Shown here: positions 14,796-28,500 of the stretch, piece by piece | Layout: the number at the start of each line of letters is the position of its first letter | Numbering within the stretch: the first letter of the stretch is position 1 | NCBI RefSeq assembly: GCF_009914755.1 | Contig: NC_060930.1 | DNA from: the human T2T-CHM13v2.0 reference genome, Homo sapiens | DNA: 64,000 nt | Reading direction: 5' to 3' (one strand) | Position numbers and translations under genes: made by a program | The notes under the pieces: model-generated | What the model saw: the letters and a program-made list of their open reading frames with translations, nothing else | Databases searched by the model: none | What the model was told of the DNA's origin: nothing

Positions 14796-16375
14796 ATTCA
14801 TCTAAACTTTACTTTCATTACCAGCAATATTTTTTAATCTTAAAAATATTGAATAAAACAATGACCTAGCTTAGTAAATAAATTCATAATGAGAAAATGT
14901 TGATTTCATTTAATAATAACTTTAGTAGTTTGGGATAACACTTTGCATATTTTAATTTCCCCAGCTATAAATAACTCAAATAATTTGCCATCAGATGATC
15001 TGTTATTTTGAAGTTAACAAATAAAGCATTTCCTAAAAAAGTTCTAATACATAACTTTTGCTCTCATCTTATGTTTTAAAAACAAAATGGCAAATCATCT
15101 GCATCAAATAGTTCCTACTCTTATAACATGACAATTGTTTTAAAATATATCTGCTGGAAAAAGCAACTGAAGTCCTAGAAAATAGAAATGTAATTTTAAA
15201 CTATTCCAATAAAGCTGGAGGAGGAAGGGGAAAAACATATCTGCCAAATAAGCTTATAATTAATAGTTGTTTTCAGTTTTCAAAAATCCACATAGGAAGC
15301 AATTTAAGCCTAAATTGCCTAAGTCTCAATCTCAGCGTAGTAGATAGCTTAGGGCAATCAAAACTTGCTGTGTTGGGCTGCCCCCTACAGGACTCAATTT
15401 ACCTATTTCTTTTAAAAGGTGTGTAAGTAGGAAATATGATTCAAGTTTTACATTAACAATATTAATGCTAAAGCAGATGATTATCATTCACGCATTCACT
15501 ATAGGAGGAAACAGTCTCTGAGAACCATCTATAGAGATACAGAGAGAAATGAAACAATCCTTGTCCTTGAGGAATTAATAGTTTACTGCTTACAGAGAAA
15601 CTACATACATGGTGAAATATTTAAAAATAGCTCATGATATCCTCTATGATATTATGTTTGCTATAGAAAAAGAACAAGGCTGAAGATCTAAGATCCAAGT
15701 TCTACTGTTGGCTCTGCCATCAAACAATAAGCTAAACAATGTACAAGTCAGTTTTGGGGAAGCTGTCTTATTCCCAAAATGAGGAGGTTAAATTAGTTAA
15801 TTCTTCCAGCCTCTATGGCTCTAATATTCCACAGTTACATTTGTCAAAACAAAAGGTAGAAGGAAATGTTTCAAAAACAGACTTCGCAGAAAGAACATCT
15901 ATATGATATGAAGGGCTGGGGCATATGTGAAGAAATCAAGGAAGACTTCTTGAGGAAGGTGACATCTGAAGTAACTTTAGAAGCACTCTGGGAGCCAAGG
16001 CTATTCCCAGGAGTTAACAGAGTCAGATAATAAAAGATCAAAGATGTTTAGGGGAATAGCATGCAGTGTTATTTGGTTGCAGTCTAGCTATATTTTAGGA
16101 AACATCAAATTAATATCAGTATAAAACTCAACAGAATGGAGGGAGAAAAAGCAGGTAGAAAAATCTAAGAACCACTAAAATAGTTCATCTAGAAGATAAA
16201 GGACCCATGAGCTAAATCAGTGCAAATGGCAAGAAGGGAATAAATGAAGACAGTTCTGGTCCATTAGAACTGCAACTCAACAAAAGTGATCAAAAGAGTT
16301 ATTCCAAAGTATTGACCTGGTAACTTGAAGAAAAGTAAAGAAAGAGGAAACTGGACACTGAAACAGAAGAAGTAG

Positions 16376-16794
<419 letters not shown>

Positions 16795-17449
16795 TTAAAA
16801 AAGTGAGCTATTCACCAGATATGTTCCACTGGTCATAAAACAAAAGAATACAGGAGGCATGACAAGCCATCATCATTGCTGTTAAAATAACTCACAGCAA
16901 AATTATAATGATTTAAGTCAATAACATCTAATAATTCCAGCTATAGTGTGCAATTTAATTTATTATGTGCCAGGCACAATAGTTTATTAAAGGTATTACC
17001 TCTAATTTTCACAATAACCCTATTTTACAGATTATAAAATGGAGGCCCAGAGATGTAAGGTGAACGAGCCAAATCACCTAGTTACCTGGAATATAAACTC
17101 AGAACTGCCTAAATCAAAAGCTCTCAATCTTAACCACATGCTATACTGATGCATGTCAAAGATTCAATTCATTCAGATTTTTCAAGGTTATCGGAAAACC
17201 TATGTAGATAAAAATTTCCAAAATAATCAAGGATATGTAACTTTTACAGAAAGCAATCACTGATCATCTATTGCAATACTCATGTTCTTAAGCAATATAC
17301 TGAGTTGAAATTTTTATATTTTATAAATAATTAGAAAGAATACATTTTTTAAAACTTTAAAAAACACCTCAGTTTTTATTCTCTTCCCCAAATTTCAACA
17401 AAATCCATTTATCCAAACTTGAGGTTGAATCATTAAAGTGGTGATATCA

Positions 17450-19178
17450 TCAGTAATAGCAGAGTGAGGACCCTGAATATACTCTCCTCCATAAAAGCAA
17501 CAAGAACACAAAAATTCTCAAAATGAACTTTTTCTGAAATCTTTCAAAAGCCCCACTCTCAGAAAACTGTCATTATTTGATCTGCCAGTTCCCTAGAAAA
17601 ACCTCCCTCATAGGACATTATTTGACTTGACTCAGAGCTCACTCAGTGCAAACAATTTTATCACCAGGAGAGTTTGTGGAAAATCAGTGGCAATTGTTAA
17701 ACATCACATCTGCCATGAGATAGCAATAACAGATGGGACAAACAAGCTAACCAAAAAATTAAAAGAAAAACCTGGGAAATAAGAAATCCGAAGGGGGTCT
17801 GAAAAGTTCTAACATATTTCTGATAATCCAGAAAGCCATACACATGTATAGAGCTGTGTACACGCTCAAAAAACATCTACGAAGGCCCTAAACTCTCACC
17901 TATGGGAAACCCTGAGGCTCTGTACAAGAAGAAAGTAAAATCCAGTTATAAATTGCTTGCCGTATCATTGAAGGCAATGCCCCAACATTCACACATAGGC
18001 CCCTGGCAAAGATTGGAAGATACTCTAGTTCTAGGCATTCAAGAAAATCTCTTCTAATCATCAGATGATCACTAAACTCACCAAGCAGTAACTTTAGGGG
18101 CCTGTGTGATAAAAAATAAAAACCTGAAAGAATTAGTTCAGGAAAGAAACTAAACAAGCAACAGCAACAACAAAAACAGACCTTGGGAAAGGGGGGAAGC
18201 ATCTGGTTTCCAGAGTTATTCTGTTATACTATATAAAATATTCAGGTCTCAACAACAACAAAATTACAAAGACATGCAAAGAAACAAGTATAAGCCACAA
18301 ACTGGGGGGAAAAAGCAGCAGAAACTGGCCCTGAAAAAGACCAGATGCTGGACTTACTGGACAAAGACTTTAAGAGAGTTATTTTAAATATGCGCAAAGA
18401 ACTAAAAAAAAGTTTATCTAAAGAACTACAGGAAAGTATCAGAACAATATTTCTGATCCTTCAGAAGAACCACTTTTTGTCACTACAGATTAGTTCTGTC
18501 TGGTCTAGAACTTCTTAAAAACAGAATCATAGAGTATATTCTCTTTATATCAGCTCTTTTTACTCAACACAATGTTGTGTGAGATTTATCCATGTTGTTG
18601 CATGTATCATTCCCAAACAGAAATAGAAATTATAGAGATAAATAGGAGTTACAAAAAAGTACCAAACAAAAATTCTGGAGTTGAAAAGCACAAAAACTGA
18701 ATTAACTTGAGGGGCTCAACAGCTGATTTGGGCAGCCAGAAGAATGAATCAGCAAATCTAAAGATAGGTCAATTGCGAGAAAGAGAGGGAAGAAGGAAGG
18801 AAGGAAGGAAAGGAGGCTCAGAGACCCAAGAGACACCATCAAGCATACCAATATACATATAATGAGAGGCCCAGAAGAAGATGCAGAAAAAGGGTCAGAG
18901 TATCTGAAAAAATAATGGCCCTAAACTTCCCGAACTTGACCCCAAAAATTAATCTACACATCCAAGAAGATAAACAAACTAAAAAGAATAAAATCAAAGC
19001 GATCCACACCTAGGTACATCATAATCAAATGACTGAAATATAAAGAGAGACTCTCAAAACAGGCAAGGGACTTATGTACAAAACATCTTCAGATTAATAA
19101 CAAATTTCTCATCAGAAATGATGTTGTCAATAGGCAATCAGATGACATAATCAAAGCACTGAAAGAAGTAGAATGTCT
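17450..19178 (+). mobile_element. Old L1M 5'/ORF1 fragment
   Basis: ORF1-like A-rich motifs (aaattctggagttgaaaag, gaggggctcaacagctgatttg, atccacacctaggtacatcataatcaaa). Confidence 0.65.
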
Positions 19179-19467
<289 letters not shown>

Positions 19468-20005
19468 TGTCAACCAAAAACTACATGCAGAAAAACTGCA
19501 CTTCAAGAAATGATCAGTACCTTGAAGCTCTGAAGGTGCTTAAGACTGTAGATCAATACCATAGAAAATAATTTAGTATTTAGGAATGTAAGAAAATTAA
19601 GACAGCCTTGTTTGATAACTACACATAATACTGTAACTGTTCTTGCACTGTTCTGGTTATTGTCAAGCTATGAGCACAAACTGATGACTGAAATACAGAA
19701 TACAGAACAGGATATAAAATCTTATCAGGTAAAGTTAGGCAAGCAATTACTAGTTGTAATTCAACTTGAAGGAGAAGGAATAAGGAACCAACTCAAACCA
19801 GGCAGCAATGAACTGTAAAAAAGCTTAAGGTAAAACAAACAGGGAAATAAAACAACTCAGAACCTAAGCATATCGTAAGAACCTAATCTAACAAGGAGGG
19901 GCTTAAACTGATTATTTTACAGCTTGGGTGCAATTATCCCACAAAAAACTTTCAGGAGTTTCACCAGTCCATAAACTATTTGGTTATTGGAAAATAGCTT
20001 TATTG

Positions 20006-20508
<503 letters not shown>

Positions 20509-20511
20509 ATT

Positions 20512-20529
20512 TGGCGACCACAAAGGGAC
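20512..20529 (+). other. Retroviral primer-binding site (tRNA-Arg-like)
   Basis: TGGCGACCACAAAGGGAC, 3 nt after the LTR end. Confidence 0.85.
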
Positions 20530-21228
20530 CTGAACCCGCAACCATGAAGGGATCTCCAAAGCGGTAATATTGGACCACTTTTGCTTGCTACTCTGTCCTA
20601 TCCCTTAGAATTGGAGGAAAATACTGGGCACCTGTCGGCCGGTTAAAAACGATTAGCATGGCCGCCAGACTTTAGACTCAGGTATGAGGCTATCTGGGGA
20701 AGGGCTTTCTAACAACCCTCAACCCTTCTGGGTTGGGAACCTTGGTCTGCCTGGAGCCAGCTTCCACTTTCAATTTTCCTGGGGAAGCCAAGGGCTGACT
20801 AGAGGCAGAAAGCTGTCGTCCCGAACTCCCGGCATTAGCCGGTTGAGATCATGTCGCAGCCAGAAGTCTCTACTCAACAGTCGCCCATGCGTGCGCTCCT
20901 ACCTTCCCTTCTGTCCCACACCTCCTGGGTCCCAACCACGACTTTCTTGAAAGTGTAGCCCCAAAATTCTCCTTACCTCTGAATCTACTTCCTCTGATCC
21001 CTGCCTCCTAGGTACTAATGGTTGAGACTTTCATTTCCTCTAGCAAGTTGTATCTCCAAAGGGATCTAAGGAAGCTCTATGCTGCGCCCTTAGGCATCTA
21101 GGCTATAAACCCAGGGAGTCTTGTCCCTGGTGTCCCTCCTGATTTAGGTATACAGCTCTAGACATGGGCAGTTATGTGGGACCTGTTCCCCACCACCCTT
21201 GCCAGGGCCCCAAGTTTGTAAATGGCTA

Positions 21229-21435
21229 AGAGAGGAAACAGAGAGAGACAGAGAGAAAGAGACAGTGAGAGACAGACAGAGACAGAGAGAGAGAGAGACA
21301 GAGAGGAGAGAGAGAGAGACAGGGAGGACAGGGAGAGAGACAGAGAGGAGAGGGAGAGAGACAAAGAGGAGAAAGAGGCAGAGAGACAAACAGGGAGTCA
21401 GAGAAAGAAAGACAAAGATAGAAATAGTAAAAAAA
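21229..21435 (+). repeat. AG-rich simple repeat in the HERV-W pre-gag leader
   Basis: (GA)n/GACA-rich tract; source of several low-complexity ORFs. Confidence 0.85.
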
Positions 21436-22525
21436 AACTGTGTCCTATTCCTTTAAAAGCCAGGGTAAATGTAAAACCTATAATTGATAATTGAAGGTCT
21501 TCTCCGCGACCCTATAACACTCCAATACTACCTTGTTGTCAGCGTAAACAAGGGCGTAGCCTGAAAACACTAAGACCACTGACAACCCATAGCCTTCCTA
21601 TCAAAAATCCTTAACATCCAGTGACCTGCGGATGGCCCAAATGCATTCAATCTGTAGCGGCAACTGCTTTGCTAACAGAAAAAAGTAGAAAAGTAACTTT
21701 TAGAGGAAACCTCATTGTGAGCACACCTCACCGGTTCAGAATTATTCTAAGTCAAAAAAGCAAAAAGGTAGCTTATTAACTCAAAAATATTAAAGTATGG
21801 GGCTATTCTGTCAGAAAAAGGTAATTTAACACTAACCACTGATAATTCCCTTAACCCTGCAGATTTCCTTACAGGGGATTTAAATCTTAATTACCATACA
21901 AAGGTCCGACCAGACCTAGGAGGAACTCCCTTCAGGACAGGATGATAGATGGTTCCTCCCAAATGACTGAGGAAAAAACCACAATGGGTATTCAGTAATT
22001 GATAGGGAGACTCTTGTGGAAGCAGAGTTAGAAAAATTGCCTAATAATTGGTCTCCTCAAATGTCAGAGCTGTTTGCACTCAGCCAAGCCTTAACGTACT
22101 TACCGAATCAAAAAGACTATCTCAATCCTGACTCAAAAGCTTACTTATACCCTCTCTGAAACGAATTTGCCTAAGAACTGTTGTTTATGGGAATGCATCT
22201 TGATGGAGCAGCTGGGTTGTTATGAAATACTCAGGAACTCAGCCTAGCTCTAGGACTCACCCCTGAGCACAAAGGCAATGTTGGGCACGCTGGTAAAGGA
22301 CCACTAGAATCCAGCAGCCCGGACCCCTTTCTTTGTGATCAAGAAAGGCGGGAAAAGGGGTGAGGGCTGCTACATCAGTGAGCATAACTAATCCGATAAG
22401 CAGAGGTCCATGGGTGGTTACACACCCCGGAAAGGAATAAGCATTAGGACCATAGAGGACGCTCTAGGACTAATGCTCATCGGAAAATGACTAGGGGTGC
22501 TGGCATCCCTATGTTCTTTTTTCAG

Positions 22526-23978
22526 ATAGGAAACGTTCCCCTCAAGGCAAAAACACCCCTAAGATGTATTCTGGAGAATTGGGACCAATTTGACTCTCAG
22601 ATGCTAAGAAAAAAAAGACATATTCTTCTGCAGTACCGCCTGGCAACGATATACTCTTTAAGGGGGAGAAACCTGGCATCCTGAGGGAAGCATAAATTAT
22701 AACACCATCTTACAGCTAGACCTCTTTTGTAGAAAAGAAGGCAAATGGTGTGAAGTGTCATATGTACAAACTTTCTTTTCATTAAGAGACAACTCGCAAT
22801 TATGTAAAAAGTGTGATTTATGCCCTACAGGAAGCCCTCAGAGTCTACCTCCCTACCCCAGCATCCCCCAGACTCCTTCCCCAAATAATAAGGACCCCCC
22901 TTCAACCCAAACGGTCCAAAAGGAGATAGACAAAGGGGTAAACAACTAACCAAAGAATGCCAATATTCCCCGATTATGCCCCCTCCAAGCGGTGGGAGGA
23001 GAATTCGGCCCAGCCAGAGTGCACGTACCTTTTTCTCTCTCAGACTTTAAATTAAAATAGACCTAGGTAAATTCTCAGATAACCCTAATGGCTATATTGA
23101 TGTTTTACAAGGTTTAGGACAATCCTTTGATCTGATATGGAGAGATATAATGTTACTGCTAAATCAGACACTAACCCCAAATGACAGAAGTGTCGCCGTA
23201 ACTGCAGCCTGAGAGTTTGGCGATCTCTGGTATCTCAGTCAGGTCAATGATAGGTCGACAACAGAGGAAAGAGAACGATTCCCCACAGGCCAGCAGGCAG
23301 TTCCCAGTGTAGACCCTCACTGGGACACAGAATCAGAACATGGAGATTGGTGCCGCAGACATTTGCTAACTTGCGTGCTAGAAGGACTAAGGAAAACTAG
23401 AAAGAAGCCTGGGAGTTATTCAATGATGTCCACTATAACACAGGGAAAGAAGAAAATCCTACCGCCTTTCTGGAGTGACTAACGGAGGCATTGAGGAAGC
23501 ATACCTCTCTCTGTCACCTGACTCTACTGAAGGCCAACTAATCTTAAAGGATAAGTTTATCACTCAGTCAGCTACAGACATTAGGAAAAAACTTCAAAAG
23601 TCTGCCTTAGGCCCGGAACAAAACTTAGAAACCCTATTGAACTTGGCAACCTCAGTTTTTTATAATAGAGATCAGGATGAGCAGGCAGAATGGGACAAAT
23701 GGGATAAAAAAAAGGCCACCGCTTTAGTCATGGCCCTCAGGCAAGCGGACTTTGGAGGCACTGGAAAAGGGAAAAGCTAGGCAAATCAAATGCCTAATAG
23801 GGTTTGCTTCCAGTGCGGTCTACAAGGACACTTTAAAAAAGATTGTCCAAATAGAAATAAGCCGCCCCCTCGTCCATGCACCTCGTGTCAAGGGAATCAC
23901 TGTAAGGCCCACTGCCCCAGGGGACGTAGGTCCTCTGAGTCAGAAGCCACTAACCAGATGATCCAGCAGCAGGACTGA
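22526..23978 (+). pseudogene. HERV-W gag remnant
   Basis: Start appears mutated ATG>ATA (ata-GNVPLKAKTPLRCILENWDQF). Fragments include LILKDKFITQSATDIRKKLQK and zinc knuckle CFQCGLQGHFKKDC. Ends QQQD*. Multiple stops and frameshifts. Confidence 0.9.
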
Positions 23979-25604
23979 GAGTGCCCGGGGCAAGCACCAG
24001 CCCATGCCATCACCCTCACAGAGCCCTGGGTATGCTTGACCATTGACGGCCAGGAGGCTAACTGTCTCCTGGACACTGGTGTGGCCTTCTCAGTCTTATT
24101 TTCCTGTCCCAGACAACGGTCCTCCAGATCTGTCACTATCCAAGGGGTCCTAGGACAGCCAGTCACTAGATACTTCTCCCAGCCACTAAGTTGTGACTGG
24201 GGAACTTCACTCTTTTCACATGCTTTTCTAATTATGCCTGAAAGCCCAACTCCCTTGTTAGGGAGAGACATTCTAGCAAAAGCAGGGGCCATTATACACC
24301 TGAACATAGGAGAACACCCGTTTGTTGTCCCCTGCTTGAGGAAGGAATTAATCTTGAAGACTGGGCAACAGAAGGACAATATGGACGAGCAAAGAATGCC
24401 CGTCCTGTTCAAGTTAAACTAAAGGATTCTGCCTCCTTTCCCCACCAAAGGCAGTACCCCCTTAGACCCGAGGCTCAACAAGGACTCCAAAAGATTAAGG
24501 ACCTAAAAGCCCAAGGCCTAGTAAAAGCATGCAATAGCCCCTACAATAATCCAACTTTAGGAGTACAGAAACCCAGTGGACAGTGGAGGTTAGTGCAAGA
24601 TCTCAGGATTATCAATGAGGTCACTGTCCCTCTATACCTAGCTGTACCTAACCCTTATATTCTGCTTTCCCAAATACCAGAGGAAGCAGAGTGGTTTACA
24701 GACCTGGACCTTAAGGATGCCTTTTTCTGCATCCCTGTACATCCTGACTCTCAATTCTTATTTGCCTTTGAAGATCCTTCAAACCCAATGTCTCAACTCA
24801 CCTGGACTGTTTCACCCCAAGGGTTCAGGGATAGCCCCCATCTATTTGGCCAGGCATTAGCCCAAGACTTGAGCCGGTTCTCATACCTGGGCACTCTTGT
24901 CCTTTGGTATGTGGATGATTTTTACTTTTAGCCGCCAGTTCAGAAACCTTGTGCCATCAAGTCACCCAAGTGCTCTTAAATTTCCTCGCTACCTGTGGCT
25001 ACAAGGTTTCCAAACCAAAGGCTCAGCTCTGCTCACAGCAGGTTAAATACTTAGGGCTAAAATTATCCAAAGGCACCAGGGCCCTCAGTGCCTATTCTGG
25101 CTTATCCTCATCCCAAAACCCTAAAGCAACTAAGAGGATTCCTTGACATAACAGGTTTCTGCCAAATATGGATTCCCAGGTACGGCGAAATAGCCAGACC
25201 ATTATATACACTAATTAAGGAAACTCAGAAAGCCAATACCCATTTAGTAAGATGGACACCTGAAGCAGAAGCGGCTTTCCAGGCCCTAAAGAAGGCCCTA
25301 ACCCAAGCCCCAGTGTTTAGCTTGCCAACGGGGCAAGACTTTTCTTTACATGTCACAGAAAAAAACAGAAATAGCTCTAGGAGTCCTTACACAGGTCGAT
25401 GAGCTTGCAACCCATGGCATACCTGAGTAAGGAAATTGATGTAGTGGCAAAGGGTTGGCCTCATTGTTTATGGGTAGTGGCGGCAGTAGCAGTCTTAGTA
25501 TCTGAAGCAGTTAAAATAATACAAGGAAGAGATCTGTGTAGACATCTCATAATGTGAACGGCATACTCACTGCTAAAGGAGACTTGTGGCTGTCAGACAA
25601 CCGT
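23979..25604 (+). pseudogene. HERV-W pro-pol remnant (protease, RT, tether; RNase H/integrase deleted)
   Basis: Protease LLDTG; RT motifs QDLRIIN, DLKDAFF, PQGF and YVDD (24908-24919). Frameshifted, and jumps straight to pre-env sequence at ~25600. Confidence 0.9.
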
Positions 25605-25633
25605 GAGGAAAGTAACTAAAATCGTAAATCCCC

Positions 25634-27292
25634 ATGGCCCTCCCTTATCATATTTTTCTCTTTACTGTTCTCTTACCCCCTTTCACTCTCACTGCACCCC
25701 CTCCATGCTGCTGTACAACCAGCAGCTCCCCTTACCAAGAGTTTCTATGAAGAATGCGGCTTCCCAGAAATATTGATGCCCCATCAAATAGGAGTTTACC
25801 TAAAGGAAACTCCACCTTCACTGCCCACACCCATATGCCCCACAACTGCTATAACTCTGCCACTCTTTGCATGCATGCAAATACTCATTATTGGACAGGG
25901 AAAATGATTAATCCTAGTTGTCCTGGAAGACTTGGAGCCACTGTCTGTCGGACTTACTTCACCCATACTGGTATGTCTGAGGGGGGTGGAGTTCAAGATC
26001 AGGCAAGAGAAAAACATGTAAAGGAAGTAATCTCCCAACTGACCCGGGTACATAGCACCCCTAGCCCCTACAAAGGACTAGATCTCCTAAAACTACATGA
26101 AACCCTCCATACCCATACTTGCCTGGTAAGCCTATTTAATACCACCCTCACTGGGCTCCATGAGGTCTCGGCCCAAAACCCTACTAACTGTTGGATGTGC
26201 CTCCCCCTGTATTTCAGGCCATGCATTTCAATCCCTGTACCTGAACAATGGAACAACTACAGCACAGAAATAAACACCACTTCCGTTTTAGTAGGACCTC
26301 TTGTTTCCAATCTGGAAATAACCCATACCTCAAACCTCACCTGTGTAAAATTTAGCAATACTGTAGACACAACCAACTCCCAATGCATCAGGTGGGTAAC
26401 TCCTCCCACACGAATAGTCTGCCTACCCTCAGGAATATTTTTTGTCTGTGGTACCTTAGCCTATCGTTGTTTGAATGGCTCTTCAGAATCTATGTGCTTC
26501 CTCTCATTCTTAGTGCCCCCATGACCATTTACACTGAACAAGATTTATACAATTATGTTGTACCTAAGCCCCACAACAAAAGAGTACTCATTCTTCCTTT
26601 TGTTATCGGAGCAGGAGTGCTAGGTGGACTAGGTTCTGGCATTGGCGGTACCACAACCTCTACTCAGTTCTACTACAAACTATCTCAAGAACTCAATGGT
26701 GACATGGAATGGGTTGCCGACTCCCTGGTCACCTTGCAAGATCAACTTAACTTCCTAGCATCAGTAGTCCTTCAAAATTGAAGAGCTTTAGACTTGCTAA
26801 CCTCTGAAAGAGGGGGAAGCTGTTTATTTTTAGGGGAAGAATGTTGTTATTATGTTATTTTAGCGGAAGAATGTTGTTATTATGTTAATCAATCCTGAAT
26901 TGTCACAGAGAAAGTTGAAGAAATTCGAGATTGAATACAACGTAGAACAGAGGAGCTTCAAAAACACCAGACCCTGGGGCCTCCTCAGCCAATGGATGCC
27001 CTGGATTCTCCCCTTCTTAGGATCTCTAGCAGCTCTAATATTGATACTCCTCTTTGGACCCTGTATCTTTAACCTCCTTGTTAAGTTTGTCTCTTCCAGA
27101 ATCAAAGTTGTAAAGCTACAAATCGTTCTTCAAATGGAACCCCAGATGAAGTCCATGACTAAGATCTACCGTGGACCCCTGGACCGGCCTACTAGCCCAT
27201 GCTCCAATTGTAATGATATCGAACGCACCCCTCCCGAGGAAATCTCAACTGCACAACCCCTACTATGCCCCAATTCCGCAGGAAGCAGTTAG
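25634..27292 (+). pseudogene. HERV-W env (syncytin-1/MSRV-like) remnant
   Basis: MALPYHIFLFTVLLPPF signal peptide, TGA at codon 39, 256-aa SU ORF (25754-26524, includes CWMC), frameshift ~26520, HNKR/VLILPF cleavage and fusion peptide, LQN*RALDLL immunosuppressive domain, TM WMPWILPFLG, ends PNSAGSS*. Confidence 0.93.
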
Positions 27293-27350
27293 ACTGGTCG
27301 TCAGCCAACCTCCCCAACAGCACTTGGGTTTTCCTGTTGAGTGGGGGGAC

Positions 27351-27675
27351 TGAGAGACAGGATTAGCTGGATTTCCTAGGCCGACTAAGAATCCCAAAGC
27401 CTAGCTGGGAAGGTGACCACATCCACCTTTAAACACTGGGCTTGCAACTTAGCTCACACCCGACCAATCAGGTAGTAAAGAGAGCTCACTAAAATGCTAA
27501 TTAGACAAAAACAGGAGGTAAAAAAATAGCCAATCATCTATCGCCTGAGAGCACAGCGGGAAGGACAATGATCGGGATATAAACCCAGGCATTCAAGCCG
27601 GCAACGGCTACCTTCTTTGGGTCCCCTCCCTTTGTATGGGAGCTCTGTCTTCACTCTATTAAATATTGCAACTGC
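27351..27675 (+). promoter_or_regulatory. LTR17 3' U3-R with CCAAT, TATA and polyA signal
   Basis: Polypurine tract (GAGTGGGGGGAC) then TGAGAGACAG. CCAAT boxes ~27464 and ~27530, TATAAA 27578-27583, ATTAAA 27658-27663. Confidence 0.88.
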
Positions 27676-27689
27676 AAAAAAAAAAATAG

Positions 27690-28500
27690 CTTAATTGAAG
27701 AATAAATTAATACAATAAAAGGAATACATTTTAAGTATACAGTTCAAACTGTAACAGTGTTACAGTTTCAAGAGGACCCCTTCAACAAGATATTGGGCAT
27801 TTCCATCATGCCCTAAAAGTTCCTTCTTGTCCCTTACTGGTTGGGTCCATCTCTACTACACCCTCCTGACCTGGCCCAGACCTTGGCCTCAGAAGAATCA
27901 TTTTTTTGTCACTACATATTAGTTTTGTCTGTTCTAGAACTTCTTAAAAACAGAATCATAGAGTATGTTCTCTTTGTATTGGCTCTTTTTACTCAATGTA
28001 ATGTTCTGTGACATTTATCCATATTATTGCATGTATTATTCCTTTTAATCCTGAATAGTATGCTGTTTTAGGAATATAATGCAATTGTTTATTCATTTAC
28101 CTGTTGACAGATATCTGAGCTATTATGATGGATATTATGAATAATTCTGCTATGAACACTTCTGTACAATGTTTCCTCGGACATATATTTTCATTTTTCT
28201 TGAGTGGAGCTGTTAGAACTGTTGGATCAGAAAGTAAGCATATGTTGAATTTTGAAAGAAACTGGTAAACTCTTGTCTAAAGTGATTTGTACCATTTTAC
28301 ACTCCTACTAATAATGTATGAGAGTTATATTTGCTCCACAGCCTTTTTACTACTTTGTTAATCTTTTTAGTACTGTCAACCTTTTTAATTTATCCAATCT
28401 AGGGAACGTGAAGTAGTATCTCACTGTTATTTTCATTTTCCTGATGAGTAACAATATTGTGTATCTTTTCATGTGCTTATTAGCCATTCCTATATCTTTT
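27690..28500 (-). mobile_element. Old L1M 3' end (host of the HERV-W insertion)
   Basis: Antisense L1 3'UTR motifs; the HERV-W TSD is the reverse complement of its CAATAAAGCTATTTT terminus. Confidence 0.7.

Noticed and set aside
21144-21494. Four overlapping SL- or RE-rich ORFs
   Set aside because: Arise from the AG-rich tract in the HERV-W leader.
25634-27292. Identification as syncytin-1 (ERVW-1)
   Set aside because: Stops, frameshifts, mutated furin site, retained 12-nt tail segment and processed-pseudogene structure.
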